From NCBI GenBank assembly GCA_003056085.1, contig LSNK01000001.1:88729-152728 (forward strand): DNA of 64,000 nt, given 5' to 3'. Both the position numbers and the translations under genes were made by a program. Origin of the DNA: Parcubacteria group bacterium M6-OD1-1. GTDB lineage: Bacteria > Patescibacteriota > Minisyncoccia > GWC2-36-17 > M10-OD1-4. Below are positions 41,737-50,341 of this stretch, piece by piece. Each line of letters opens with the position of its first letter. Position 1 is the stretch's first letter. The notes beneath the pieces are model-generated. The model searched no databases, was not told where the DNA came from, and saw only the letters and a program-made list of their open reading frames with translations.

Positions 41737-42415
41737 AAACCGGCAACCCAAAATAAAACTCCTTGCTTTAAAAACAAGGAGTTTTATTTTAGACATATTT
41801 TTCCCTTCTTTTTGTGTTACTTGCAAGAAAGAAGGAGTTTTTTTGTGCAAAGACTGCAAAAAGAGAATAGATATATTTAAAACTCCATCTCACTTCCCCA
41901 AAAAATCAAAATTGGAAATTTTTTACTGCGCAACAAAATACAAACAAGACGAAATAGAAAAATTAATTTACAGCTTTAAATATCAATTTATAAAAGAAAT
42001 TAAAAATGAACTTTGTGAAATTTTAATGGAACATCTTAAAATATCCGGGTTCAAAAAAAACAGCAGCCAAGTTTTAATACCTGTGCCTCTCCACAAAAAA
42101 CGACTAAGATGGCGAGGCTTTAACCAGTCTGAAATTTTAGCAAAAGAAATTTCAGATCATTTTGATATACCAATGATAACAAATGTGCTTTTCAGAAAAA
42201 AATACACAGAACCGCAGACTTTAAAACAAGACAGAAAAGAGAGAATTAAAAATGTTAAAAATGCTTTTTTGTGTAAAAATATTGAAATTATAAAAGACAA
42301 AGAAATAATTTTAATTGATGATGTTTTAACAACAGGCGCCACTTTAAAAGAGTGTGCTAAAATCCTCTCAAAAAATAATATAAAAAAAATAATCGCCATA
42401 ACAATAGCAAAATGA
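41726..42415 (+). CDS. comF: ComF-family protein (phosphoribosyltransferase domain, N-terminal Zn finger)
   Basis: CVTCKKEGVFLCKDCKK Zn ribbon then PRTase motif ILIDDVLTTGATL. The true start probably lies downstream of the annotated overlap with clpC. Confidence 0.75.
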   Translation: MRTKNRQPKIKLLALKTRSFILDIFFPSFCVTCKKEGVFLCKDCKKRIDIFKTPSHFPKKSKLEIFYCATKYKQDEIEKLIYSFKYQFIKEIKNELCEILMEHLKISGFKKNSSQVLIPVPLHKKRLRWRGFNQSEILAKEISDHFDIPMITNVLFRKKYTEPQTLKQDRKERIKNVKNAFLCKNIEIIKDKEIILIDDVLTTGATLKECAKILSKNNIKKIIAITIAK

Positions 42416-42453
42416 CAACTTTGGGGACGACCGTCCCCAAAGTTGTCATTTTG
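42413..42453 (+). terminator. Rho-independent terminator after comF
   Basis: tgacaactttggggacg/accgtccccaaagttgtca then ttttg. Confidence 0.7.
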
Positions 42454-42553
42454 AAATTCTAAAAATTTCTGTATTATAAATACTCAAAGATATTGCAAAC
42501 CGGCAAAAAAAATGATAACTTACTATTTATCAAACAAAATTCCGTTATAAAAC

Positions 42554-42620
42554 GGAGAGGTGGCTGAGCAATCGCCCCGTAAAAAGGCAGCGGTCTTGTT
42601 CCCAATTTATTCAAATCTTT
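42554..42620 (+). pseudogene. 5' tRNA-Ser-like fragment (acceptor plus D-arm) with divergent tail
   Basis: GGAGAGGTGGCTGAGC... identical to the first 16 nt of the intact tRNA-Ser(TGA), then diverges (cgccccgtaaaaaggcagcggtcttg-ttcccaatttattcaaatc). Confidence 0.5.
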
Positions 42621-42678
42621 AATTTGGTGATAAATTGCAATCCCGAAATAGAATTTGTTTGCAATTTGATATTAGAGC

Positions 42679-42800
42679 GGAGAGGTGGCTGAGCGGTTGC
42701 TCCCTGTTTGTCCAAGAGCAGTAGCGATTGGCTAACAAACAGCAGTACAGCGAGGCGAAGCCGAGTCGTAAAGGCGATAGTCTTGCTCCCGATTTGTTCA
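42679..42800 (+). pseudogene. Disrupted tRNA-Ser-like copy carrying a 58-nt hairpin insertion in the D-loop
   Basis: GGAGAGGTGGCTGAGCGGT, then the insert 42698..42755 (tgctccctgtttgtccaagagcagtagcgattggctaacaaacagcagtacagcgagg), then CGAAG-ccgagtcgtaa-AGGCGATAGTCTTG-ctcccgatttgttcaaatc. No anticodon or T arm. Confidence 0.5.
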
Positions 42801-42823
42801 AATCATTAATAATTTATAAAGCG

Positions 42824-42909
42824 GAGAGGTGGCTGAGCGGTCGAAGGCGATAGTCTTGAAAACTATTGTACGTTCACGCGTACCGAGGGTTCGAATCCCT
42901 CCCTCTCCG
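42824..42909 (+). tRNA. tRNA-Ser (TGA), type II with long variable arm
   Basis: GGAGAGGTGGCTGAGCGGTCGAAGGCGATAGTCTTGAAAACTATTGTACGTTCACGCGTACCGAGGGTTCGAATCCCTCCCTCTCCG, anticodon loop CTTGAAA. Confidence 0.85.
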
Positions 42910-42956
42910 CTTTGTACGATATTATGATTTGATTACAAATCGCAGTGCTGTGCAAA

Positions 42957-43010
42957 AACTATTGTACGTTCACGCGTACCGAGGGTTCGAATCCCTCCCT
43001 CTCCGCTCTG
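42957..43010 (+). pseudogene. Direct repeat of the 3' half of tRNA-Ser(TGA) (anticodon-loop to 3' end), att-site-like
   Basis: aaaactattgtacgttcacgcgtaccgagggttcgaatccctccctctccgct is identical to 42856..42909. It generates the artefactual ORF 42866..43090. Confidence 0.6.
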
Positions 43011-43080
43011 GTATTAAATCAAATTTTATTCGGGAAAAACGTTGCTCCGCTTTGCAACGGAAAATTAATTTACCAAAAAA

Positions 43081-43153
43081 GCGCCCATAGCTCAGCTGGT
43101 AGAGCAGTCGCCTCTTAAGCGAACGGTCCCAGGTTCAAGTCCTGGTGGGCGCA
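43081..43153 (+). tRNA. tRNA-Lys (CTT)
   Basis: GCGCCCATAGCTCAGCTGGTAGAGCAGTCGCCTCTTAAGCGAACGGTCCCAGGTTCAAGTCCTGGTGGGCGCA, anticodon loop CTCTTAA, one mismatch in the anticodon stem. Confidence 0.8.
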
Positions 43154-43203
43154 CAAGAAAATCAAAATTATAAAATAAATTAGTTTACAATTTAATCTTA
43201 TAT

Positions 43204-43330
43204 GAAGAGGTGACTGAGTGGCTGCTCCCTGTTTGTCCAAGAGCAGTAGCGATTGGCTAACAAACAGCAGTACAGCGAGGGCTCCCATTTTATTCACGCT
43301 TGCGTGAGTACAAAATGCAGTGCTTTAGCC
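43204..43330 (+). pseudogene. Disrupted duplicate of tRNA-Ser(GCT) 5' part carrying the same 58-nt insertion
   Basis: GAAGAGGTGACTGAGTGG, then the insert 43223..43280 (identical to 42698..42755), then unrelated sequence. The upstream 25 nt (tagtttacaatttaatcttatatg) are duplicated from the intact gene's promoter region. Confidence 0.5.
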
Positions 43331-43399
43331 TTTAGCCCGAGTCGTAAAAGTGACATATATACTTTATAATAAAAGATAGTTTACAATTTAATCTTATAT

Positions 43400-43488
43400 G
43401 GAGAGGTGACTGAGTGGCTGAAAGTGACACCCTGCTAAGGTGTTGTACGGGTTAAACCGTACCGAGGGTTCGAATCCCTCCCTCTCCG
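43400..43488 (+). tRNA. tRNA-Ser (GCT), type II
   Basis: GGAGAGGTGACTGAGTGGCTGAAAGTGACACCCTGCTAAGGTGTTGTACGGGTTAAACCGTACCGAGGGTTCGAATCCCTCCCTCTCCG, anticodon loop CTGCTAA. Confidence 0.85.
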
Positions 43489-43501
43489 CAATAGTAAAAA
43501 G

Positions 43502-43531
43502 GAAGTGCTAATTTATTAGCGCTTCTTTTTT
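43502..43531 (+). terminator. Terminator after tRNA-Ser(GCT)
   Basis: gaagtgctaat-tt-attagcgcttc then tttttt. Confidence 0.55.
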
Positions 43532-44039
43532 ACTTCTGTGAAGTAGGGATTCGAAGAATCCTCCCTGTTTGTTCAAATTTTCACCTAAAAGGTACAGGTA
43601 ATTTAATAACAAAACGCAGTACCTTTAGTGTAAGCCATTCGTTTTTTTATTTTATGATGTCTATTGGATAAAATCCGAACTTATTTTAAACAGAACCCCG
43701 ACTAATCACGTGCCGAGCGCATGGTAACTCTAAACTTTCTCTTACGCTTCTATGAATTGGTAATTCTGTCGGTGTGTTTCCGTCCACCCCTGCTGTGTTG
43801 CGATGAACCAAAACAGAAATTTTTTCAATACATTTTTTTAATTTTTTTCTGTCCTCATCTTTTTCTTTTAATAGAATTTGTGAAGTGCCCTGCGGGTGAA
43901 AAAATTTTTCTGTTTGGGGTTTCCTCTTAACCAGAGAAAAGCGGAAACGTTCTAATCTGAATCGCAAGAAGAACAAAATTCCTTCCCCCATCACACCTAT
44001 GCGCGAGCAATATAAAGGAATTCCCTGAAATTTCAAAAG

Positions 44040-45581
44040 CTATTGACGTTCAAATACCTCTTTTAATTGAGCGCGAGTCTTTGGTCCGACCAAGCCGTAT
44101 CCGGTAGTTTTTTCATCTCCAAAAGAAACAATATCGTGTTTTTTTTGAAACCTTCTTACTGCGTCTTGAGTAAGTTGTCCAAAATATCTAGTCTCATTGC
44201 TCGCTGAGCCGGAGCCTTGATCGGCAAGTTTTGTATCAGGGTCTGAATTGAGCAACTGTTGCAATTCTTTTACATCGTCATTCTGCATTCCAAATCGAAG
44301 AGTTTTAATAAACACAGCCAAAATAGGTTGAGTCGGCGTTTCCAGCTGTTGAATAGAAGGGGTTTCCGTTGGTATTTCTGTGGGTTGTTGTAAAAAAGAA
44401 TTCACAAACGCTCTGGTTGACGGCCCGAAAAAACCAGTGCCTCTTTTTAATCCTATAGGAGCCAAAATTTTCGAGGCGTGCTTTTGCTGGTATATAATGA
44501 GTGCTTTTTTGGTTAAAGGCCCGAAGTATTTGGTTTCGTTGCCCGGAGAACCTGGGCCTTGATTCGCCAAAGGATGCAGTTGGTTTAAGAATTTTTGCAA
44601 AGTTTTGACATTTTCTCCTTTGTCGCCAAAACGCATATTGCGCTTAAAAAGCACTACTGTTGTAAAATGTTCCTGTGGAGGTAATTGAAAAATCTTTTTG
44701 GGAGCATAAATAACACTATCGGAGATAACTTTTGAATACCGTACATATTTGTTAGAAAATTTAACATAGAGTGTTTTTTCTCCATATTTTCCCGATAAGA
44801 TCCATGAGGTTGAAGTAGTGTAATTGATATATATAGCTGGAGAGAAGTTTAAATTATCCGCAATAGCAATTTTTTCAGCATCCGGTCCGCCTTCAAAATT
44901 AAGAATGACAGTAGCGTCATTAGTAATATCTGGAATTATGAAAAATTTAAATCCGTCATCTGGTTCAGTTAGAGGAGGCGGAGTCCAGCCACCACCACCT
45001 CCGCTAATAGGGTCAGTTTCGTCAGTGTCGCTAGCTGACGAGCAGCCGGGATCTGAAGGATAATCAATTAGACCATCGCCGTCATCATCAAGAGAATTAT
45101 TGCAAGCCGCCCGCGCGCTTTGAGGACGCCAATCTGTTTTGACTTTAAAATCAGATGAACCGCAAGAGCTGGCATTGGCGCAATTAAAACTAATTTGGCC
45201 TGTTACAGTGCTTGAAGCGTAGCCGCTGAAATATCCCGAGCTACCAATAGTAACACCGGAAAAATCTACCCAGCCGGTATTTTCTCCCCAAGCTGAGCCG
45301 GACAATATTCCTTCGCCGTTATTGTTAACGCCTGAACCGTCTGGATTAAGGTTGATCCAACCGTAATTGGCGCTCCATGTATATCCGGTCATGCCTGTAT
45401 CAGTAATGGCTACACTGCCGCCGGATACGCCAAAATTTATCCAACCGGCATTTTCCGACCAAGCGTATTTATATGTAGAGTCAATTGTGCCGTTGGTTTC
45501 AGAAGCGAAAGCAAAACTTGGCAATAATAGAATTATAGATGTTACTAAAATAAAAAATAATTTTACGTATTTTAATTTCAT
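44040..45581 (-). CDS. Secreted protein with W-S/G-E-N-x-G-W-I/V-x-F repeats and two C-terminal peptidoglycan-binding-like repeats
   Basis: Signal peptide. Repeats AWSENAGWINFG / TWSANYGWINLN / AWGENTGWVDFS. Acidic DDDGDGLIDYPSDPGCSSASDTDETDP segment. The helical bundle pattern ...GDKGENVKTLQKFLNQ...YFGPLTKKALIIYQQKH (PG_binding_1-like) occurs twice at the C-terminus. Confidence 0.6.
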   Translation of the reverse strand: MKLKYVKLFFILVTSIILLLPSFAFASETNGTIDSTYKYAWSENAGWINFGVSGGSVAITDTGMTGYTWSANYGWINLNPDGSGVNNNGEGILSGSAWGENTGWVDFSGVTIGSSGYFSGYASSTVTGQISFNCANASSCGSSDFKVKTDWRPQSARAACNNSLDDDGDGLIDYPSDPGCSSASDTDETDPISGGGGGWTPPPLTEPDDGFKFFIIPDITNDATVILNFEGGPDAEKIAIADNLNFSPAIYINYTTSTSWILSGKYGEKTLYVKFSNKYVRYSKVISDSVIYAPKKIFQLPPQEHFTTVVLFKRNMRFGDKGENVKTLQKFLNQLHPLANQGPGSPGNETKYFGPLTKKALIIYQQKHASKILAPIGLKRGTGFFGPSTRAFVNSFLQQPTEIPTETPSIQQLETPTQPILAVFIKTLRFGMQNDDVKELQQLLNSDPDTKLADQGSGSASNETRYFGQLTQDAVRRFQKKHDIVSFGDEKTTGYGLVGPKTRAQLKEVFERQ

Positions 45582-45916
45582 AAAATAATTTTACGAAGAA
45601 TTTTTATTTGCCAACCGACCTATTTTTACTTCCATTTCGCAAATAGACAATATTGACAACTTCCACCTTTTTATCACCGTCATATATATAAAGGAACTTT
45701 AACGCATTTTTTCGTAGCTGTTATTAGTGTTCTTATAGAATCAGACACGCCTTTTTGATAGACAGTTTTTAAATATCGCGTTTTAAATTTCTGCCATTGG
45801 TCGTGGGCAACATAACCAACGGAAAATACAGCTCAAACAACAACAATAAAAATTAAAATATTTTTTTAGTTATAATATTTTTTTCAGTCATACTGGTTAA
45901 ATAATTATTTTTCATA

Positions 45917-47887
45917 TTATTTATAATAATCTACCCATCCACCTAATAATGTATATCCAGTTCCAACATGAAGTATTAAATAATTACTAGCGGTTGATTT
46001 TACGACTCTAGCTCTATAAATATCGCTGTAAGAAACATCAGTAATGACTTCTTCTTCAGAATTAGCAATATTTAATACTTGTATAGCACTATTTATGATA
46101 CCTCCATTGGCGCCAATATTAAGAAAATTATATCCGTTAACCCAAGTAGAAGATATATACATCCGATAAACTGCACCATACCTACCACCTTGTTGGTCAG
46201 GACTGTAATATGCAATACCATCTGCAGGAACTACATAAGCACCATCCGAAACCCTCTTTAGTCTTCCAGCAAAGCCACCAGAGCTTATGCCATTTCCGTC
46301 AATTCTTGCTATCACAGCATTGTTTGCATAAATATCAAAAATTCCATCTGAAACCCAATTAAAGCCAGTATCACTATCTCCTATCGCTAAGTCAATAGAA
46401 GGAGAAGCGCTAGTCCCAATACCAACATTTCCAATTGAGGTTATTCTTACTCGCTCAACATTATTCGTATAAAATTCAATTTGTCCGTCAGCCGTACTAA
46501 ACATACCTCCGTCTGTATCACCTGGGGAAGTAAAAGAGTATCCACCACCGTTGGAAGGGGTAGCTCCTTTGGCTCTTATTTGCCCGTTTACTTCTAGCTT
46601 TACATTTGGGGCGCTGTTTCCAATGCCGACATTACCAGTGTCTAAAATAGTAAATATATTAGTGCGAGTATAAGATCCGTCATCAGCATTTACTCTTAAC
46701 CCTACATCTGTTTTTTGCCATTCAGCCCAAGTGGATGTTGCAGAATTTTCTTTTAAATAAATTGCGGCCGCTAAACTGCCAGTAACCATAATTTTGGTAT
46801 CACCACCACTTACTTCTAAAAGCTGAGCAGGAGCGTTAGTCCCAATACCAACTTTTGCATTTAAAATATTTACTTCATCAGTTGTTTGGTCGTCAAATTC
46901 AATTCTTCCGGCAGCTGCGCCCAAACCGAGCCAATCACCTGTTGCTGTTGAATCAGCAAAAGCTGCGCCTGTTGTCATAGACCCTACTTTGGTAATATCT
47001 CCAGATCCTACGCTCGTCCATGCAGGATTGGCACCTGCCCCAAGAGTTTTTAGAAGTTGTCCTGATGTTCCCGGAGATAGATTTACCCAATTAGTTCCAT
47101 TAAAATATATAATGTCTCCTTGACTGGCTGTAATACCAGCAATGTCTGTAAGGTAGGCGTTACCGGCTTGCTTAGCATTCCAAGTAGAGGCCGAAGAAAT
47201 ATATGAATCGCCAATAGCGGTGCCATTCCATACGCCCGTTGCAATTGTACCTAATGTGGTAATATTTGATGTTCCCGCCCAAATTGATAAGGCAGTATTT
47301 TCTACATTGCCAAGACTAAGATTAGTTCTAGCCGCTGCGTAGTTAGCAGAACCAAGCAATGTCTGGATATTTGCGGAAGGCGTAATTCCAGCGTAAGTAG
47401 TTAAGTCAGCGTCATATGCTTGAACATTTGTTCCAATAACCAAACCCAAGTTAGTTCTGGCGGTAGAAGTACTGGCTAAATCTGAAAGATTGTTAGTTGA
47501 AAGAAGATCTCCTCCTCCACTACTAATAGTGCCCCACGCAGGATTAACGCCTGCTCCAAGAGTTTTTAGAAATTGCCCTGACGTCCCTGGAGCTATATTT
47601 ACCCAATTAGTTCCATTAAAATATATAATATCTCCTTGACTGGCTGTAATGCTTGAAATATCTGTGAGATAATCATTTCCATTCTGTGGAGTATTTACTG
47701 TACAGTTAGTGTCTCCTGGAGCGCAAGTTGGAGATAGAGTCTCTCCAAGATTATATGACGATCCTGGTGGAGCAGCCAAGGCAGTGTAAATAAAGGTTGA
47801 GAAAGCAATGATAAAAACACCAAGCAAAAACTTACTGCTTGTTTGCAGGACATTTATAACAGTGAGTAATTTGTGTAAATTTCTCAT
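45917..47887 (-). CDS. Large secreted tail-fibre-like repeat protein
   Basis: Signal/TM N-terminus. A 57-aa unit YLTDI(S/A)(S/G)ITASQGDIIYFNGTNWVN(I/L)(A/S)PGTSGQ(F/L)LKTLGAG(V/A)NPAW is duplicated. Ser/Gly/Thr-rich beta-type sequence, 656 aa. Confidence 0.6.
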   Translation of the reverse strand: MRNLHKLLTVINVLQTSSKFLLGVFIIAFSTFIYTALAAPPGSSYNLGETLSPTCAPGDTNCTVNTPQNGNDYLTDISSITASQGDIIYFNGTNWVNIAPGTSGQFLKTLGAGVNPAWGTISSGGGDLLSTNNLSDLASTSTARTNLGLVIGTNVQAYDADLTTYAGITPSANIQTLLGSANYAAARTNLSLGNVENTALSIWAGTSNITTLGTIATGVWNGTAIGDSYISSASTWNAKQAGNAYLTDIAGITASQGDIIYFNGTNWVNLSPGTSGQLLKTLGAGANPAWTSVGSGDITKVGSMTTGAAFADSTATGDWLGLGAAAGRIEFDDQTTDEVNILNAKVGIGTNAPAQLLEVSGGDTKIMVTGSLAAAIYLKENSATSTWAEWQKTDVGLRVNADDGSYTRTNIFTILDTGNVGIGNSAPNVKLEVNGQIRAKGATPSNGGGYSFTSPGDTDGGMFSTADGQIEFYTNNVERVRITSIGNVGIGTSASPSIDLAIGDSDTGFNWVSDGIFDIYANNAVIARIDGNGISSGGFAGRLKRVSDGAYVVPADGIAYYSPDQQGGRYGAVYRMYISSTWVNGYNFLNIGANGGIINSAIQVLNIANSEEEVITDVSYSDIYRARVVKSTASNYLILHVGTGYTLLGGWVDYYK

Positions 47888-48104
47888 ATAGCTTCTATTT
47901 CTACTAAACTTACTTTTTTATATTAATTCGGTAAAGAAATTAATTAATTTATAATCGCGATTTTTTGACAAAATTGATTTAAGTATATTTTTTTATAATT
48001 CTAATATTTGTATAATACCATATTTTCAATTATAATAATATCTGTCAATATGAAATATTAAATTAACACTTAGGTAGTAGTAATAAATTAAATACTCTAT
48101 CTTA

Positions 48105-48332
48105 ATGTTAGTATTATATTTTAAAGTTATGTCAAGTAATCAAAACTTATCAAAAAATATAAAACGATTAAGGAAAACCAAAGGGCTCTCACAAGAAAAA
48201 TTGGCGAGACTGGCCGATGTCGCCAATAATACCCTTATTAAAATGGAAACAGGGGAAAATAAAAATCCAACACTTAAAACCTTAAAAAAGGTTGCAAACG
48301 CCTTTGGGGTTAGTGTTGATGATTTAATTTAA
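48105..48332 (+). CDS. XRE-family HTH transcriptional regulator
   Basis: LSQEKLARLADVANNTLIKMETGEN is an HTH_3 motif, 75 aa. Confidence 0.8.
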   Translation: MLVLYFKVMSSNQNLSKNIKRLRKTKGLSQEKLARLADVANNTLIKMETGENKNPTLKTLKKVANAFGVSVDDLI

Positions 48333-48355
48333 TTAACTAATTTTATTTAAAAATT

Positions 48356-49357
48356 ATGGAAAATACATCAAAAAAACACATTGTTCTAAAAATTTTATTA
48401 GCATTATTGCCTGCTTTAATCTTTACACAAAATTACGCTTGGATGACGCTTAATTCGTTTACAGGAGTAGCTTTTTTGATTATTTGGGCGTTAATGATTT
48501 GGAGTGTTTGGCAATTCACAGAAAAGAACTATATTATTGAAAGATTTTTTCGCCTAACGGAAATATCTTTCTTTTTACTTCCTTTGTCAGCTATCATTTT
48601 TGCATTTGTTCTTGGCTCTCAAGTAGTTACCTCTACATCAAACGAAATTGAGCAAGCTGGAGCTGCTTTAGGTACGGCAATAGGTGGAACTTTTGCAGTT
48701 ATCTTAGCTTTTATTATTGGGCTTATAGGGGGTATCATCATGCACTTAATAACCAGCAAATATGATAAAAAAGCAGAGGCGTCTGAAGTAAAACAATCAG
48801 AATCTTTATCGAACAAACACGGCGTTATCCTTTCACTCGTTGCCGTGATTACTCTTGCTATTATCATAGGTTCTATTTCAAGTGCTCAACAATCCGCACA
48901 AATTACTAAAGAAAAGGAAGAATTAAGTAATAGCTTACAACAGAGCGGAATAAATCAAACTGATACAACGGAAACAGAACAAATAAAAACAGAAAACAAA
49001 AAAGTCACGATAGAAATTATGAGTAAAAATTTTCATGAGGCAGATTATATGTCAGGCGATTATCAGGATCAAATCACAATGGATTTGAAATTTACCAACA
49101 CTACCGATAAAGAAATAAGAGGAGTTGAGGGCGTGCTTACTTTTTACGATATTTTTGATAATAAAATATCCGCGACAAAAGTAAGTTACGACAAAGGAAT
49201 CCCCGCAAACGAAAGCAAAGTTTGGAAATCTGGAACAAACTATAATCAATTTATGGATGAGGATATAAAGTTGAGAAACACTGAACTAAAAGACTTGAAG
49301 TACAAATGGGAAGTTTCAACGATTATTTACACCGATGGCAGTAAAGAAACATTATAA
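48356..49357 (+). CDS. Membrane protein with C-terminal extracytoplasmic beta-rich domain, partner of the XRE regulator
   Basis: Several N-terminal TM helices, a Gln/Ser linker and a C-terminal about 130-aa domain. Adjacent to the HTH gene, 24-nt gap. Confidence 0.6.
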   Translation: MENTSKKHIVLKILLALLPALIFTQNYAWMTLNSFTGVAFLIIWALMIWSVWQFTEKNYIIERFFRLTEISFFLLPLSAIIFAFVLGSQVVTSTSNEIEQAGAALGTAIGGTFAVILAFIIGLIGGIIMHLITSKYDKKAEASEVKQSESLSNKHGVILSLVAVITLAIIIGSISSAQQSAQITKEKEELSNSLQQSGINQTDTTETEQIKTENKKVTIEIMSKNFHEADYMSGDYQDQITMDLKFTNTTDKEIRGVEGVLTFYDIFDNKISATKVSYDKGIPANESKVWKSGTNYNQFMDEDIKLRNTELKDLKYKWEVSTIIYTDGSKETL

Positions 49358-49366
49358 ATATGGGAA

Positions 49367-49705
49367 TTTTTAACACAATTATTGATAAGCACAAAGCAAC
49401 AAAGCAAAAATCTCTAAATAAAAAAGAATTTAGGGAAGCTCTTTTGCATGCCGTTGATGATGGAAAATTAACTAAAAAAGAAAACAGAACTTGGTTTAAC
49501 CGATGAAGATGTAAAAAGCATGCGTGTAGAGATTTTTACCACCGCTTTTTCGGTCGCAAAAGAAGACAAGCAAGTTACGGAAGAAGAGAAAAAAGAACTG
49601 AAAGAAATCCAAAAATATCTTGGAATTGCAGATGACGAAATACAAACAACAAAAAAAGAGCTTAACCGCTCACGGTTCCAGCACGAGGTTGCTCACAATA
49701 ACTAA
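49367..49705 (+). pseudogene. TerB-like small protein gene split by a frameshift at an A-run
   Basis: ATG 49367 encodes MGIFNTIIDKHKATKQKSLNKKEFREALLHAVDDGKLTKKE... and stops at 49505. The +1 frame continues ...ELGLTDEDVKSMRVEIFTTAFSVAKEDKQVTEEEKKELKEIQKYLGIADDEI to 49705. The junction lies at aaaaaag (49472-49478). Confidence 0.4.
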
Positions 49706-49880
49706 AATACCAGACTTTTATCTGGTATTTTAGTTATTGTAATCGATTGTAATTTTTATACAAAATAAATGCCCTCTACTAATAAACTACTTCATCGCAT
49801 TTCAATAAAACAAAAACTTTGATATAATAATACAAAAAGGTCATCTAATTTATTTATTAATAATTAAATATAAAAATACA

Positions 49881-50264
49881 ATGTTAAAAAATTTATCTAT
49901 TAAAACATCTACACAAGATCTCTTTTTTAGAATCGGACTTTCAAGTTTTTTTCTTATAAATTCATTAACCGCATGGCTTGCGCCCGATGAATTTTTAGAA
50001 CTACTGGGGATGAACTCTCTTGCCTCAGCAATTGCAGACCCTCAATTTTGGGTTTATGTTATAGGAATCAATGACGCTATATTATTTTTATTGATTCTCT
50101 CCGGATATTGGCGCAAAAAAATCGCCATTTGGGCGGGACTTTGGGTAATCGCTGTTATGTATGTAACAATATCTGAAGGTACAATGGAATTTATTGAGCA
50201 TATCGGTATTTTATCTTTTGCTTTTTATTATTACTTTACATTTCAAAAAACTTCTCAAGAATAG
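49881..50264 (+). CDS. Small membrane protein (DoxX-like)
   Basis: 127 aa with four hydrophobic helices. Confidence 0.45.
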   Translation: MLKNLSIKTSTQDLFFRIGLSSFFLINSLTAWLAPDEFLELLGMNSLASAIADPQFWVYVIGINDAILFLLILSGYWRKKIAIWAGLWVIAVMYVTISEGTMEFIEHIGILSFAFYYYFTFQKTSQE

Positions 50265-50290
50265 TAAAGATAATAAAATTATCGAAAAAA

Positions 50291-50334
50291 ATTACTACCT
50301 GTTGCGCAGTCGCGTAATAGGTAGTAATTTTTTA
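50291..50334. terminator. Bidirectional terminator between convergent genes
   Basis: attactacct-gttgcgcagtcgcgtaat-aggtagtaat then tttttt. Confidence 0.6.
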
Positions 50335-50341
50335 GTTTAAA

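Noticed and set aside
42866-43090. 74-aa ORF with an internal amino-acid repeat (YVHAYRGFESLPLR twice), and the 43115..43297 ORF.
   Set aside because: The repeat is a translation of the duplicated 3' half of tRNA-Ser(TGA). The second ORF overlaps tRNA-Lys on the opposite strand.
43532-44039. RNase P RNA, tmRNA, SRP RNA or 6S RNA in the non-coding gap.
   Set aside because: The only resemblance is a single ACAGAACCCCGACTAA stretch similar to RNase P CR-IV. The other conserved regions (GGAAAGTCCGG, AGGGTGAAA, tmRNA GGGG...TTCGACG start or tRNA-like end) are absent on either strand.
47041-47650. DGR template/variable-region pair hypothesis for the duplicated 100-bp segments in the tail-fibre-like gene.
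   Set aside because: Substitutions between the copies are mixed (T/C, G/A, A/C, G/T) rather than confined to adenine positions of one copy. No RT or avd lies nearby. The only RT (62559) is 15 kb away and of the wrong type.
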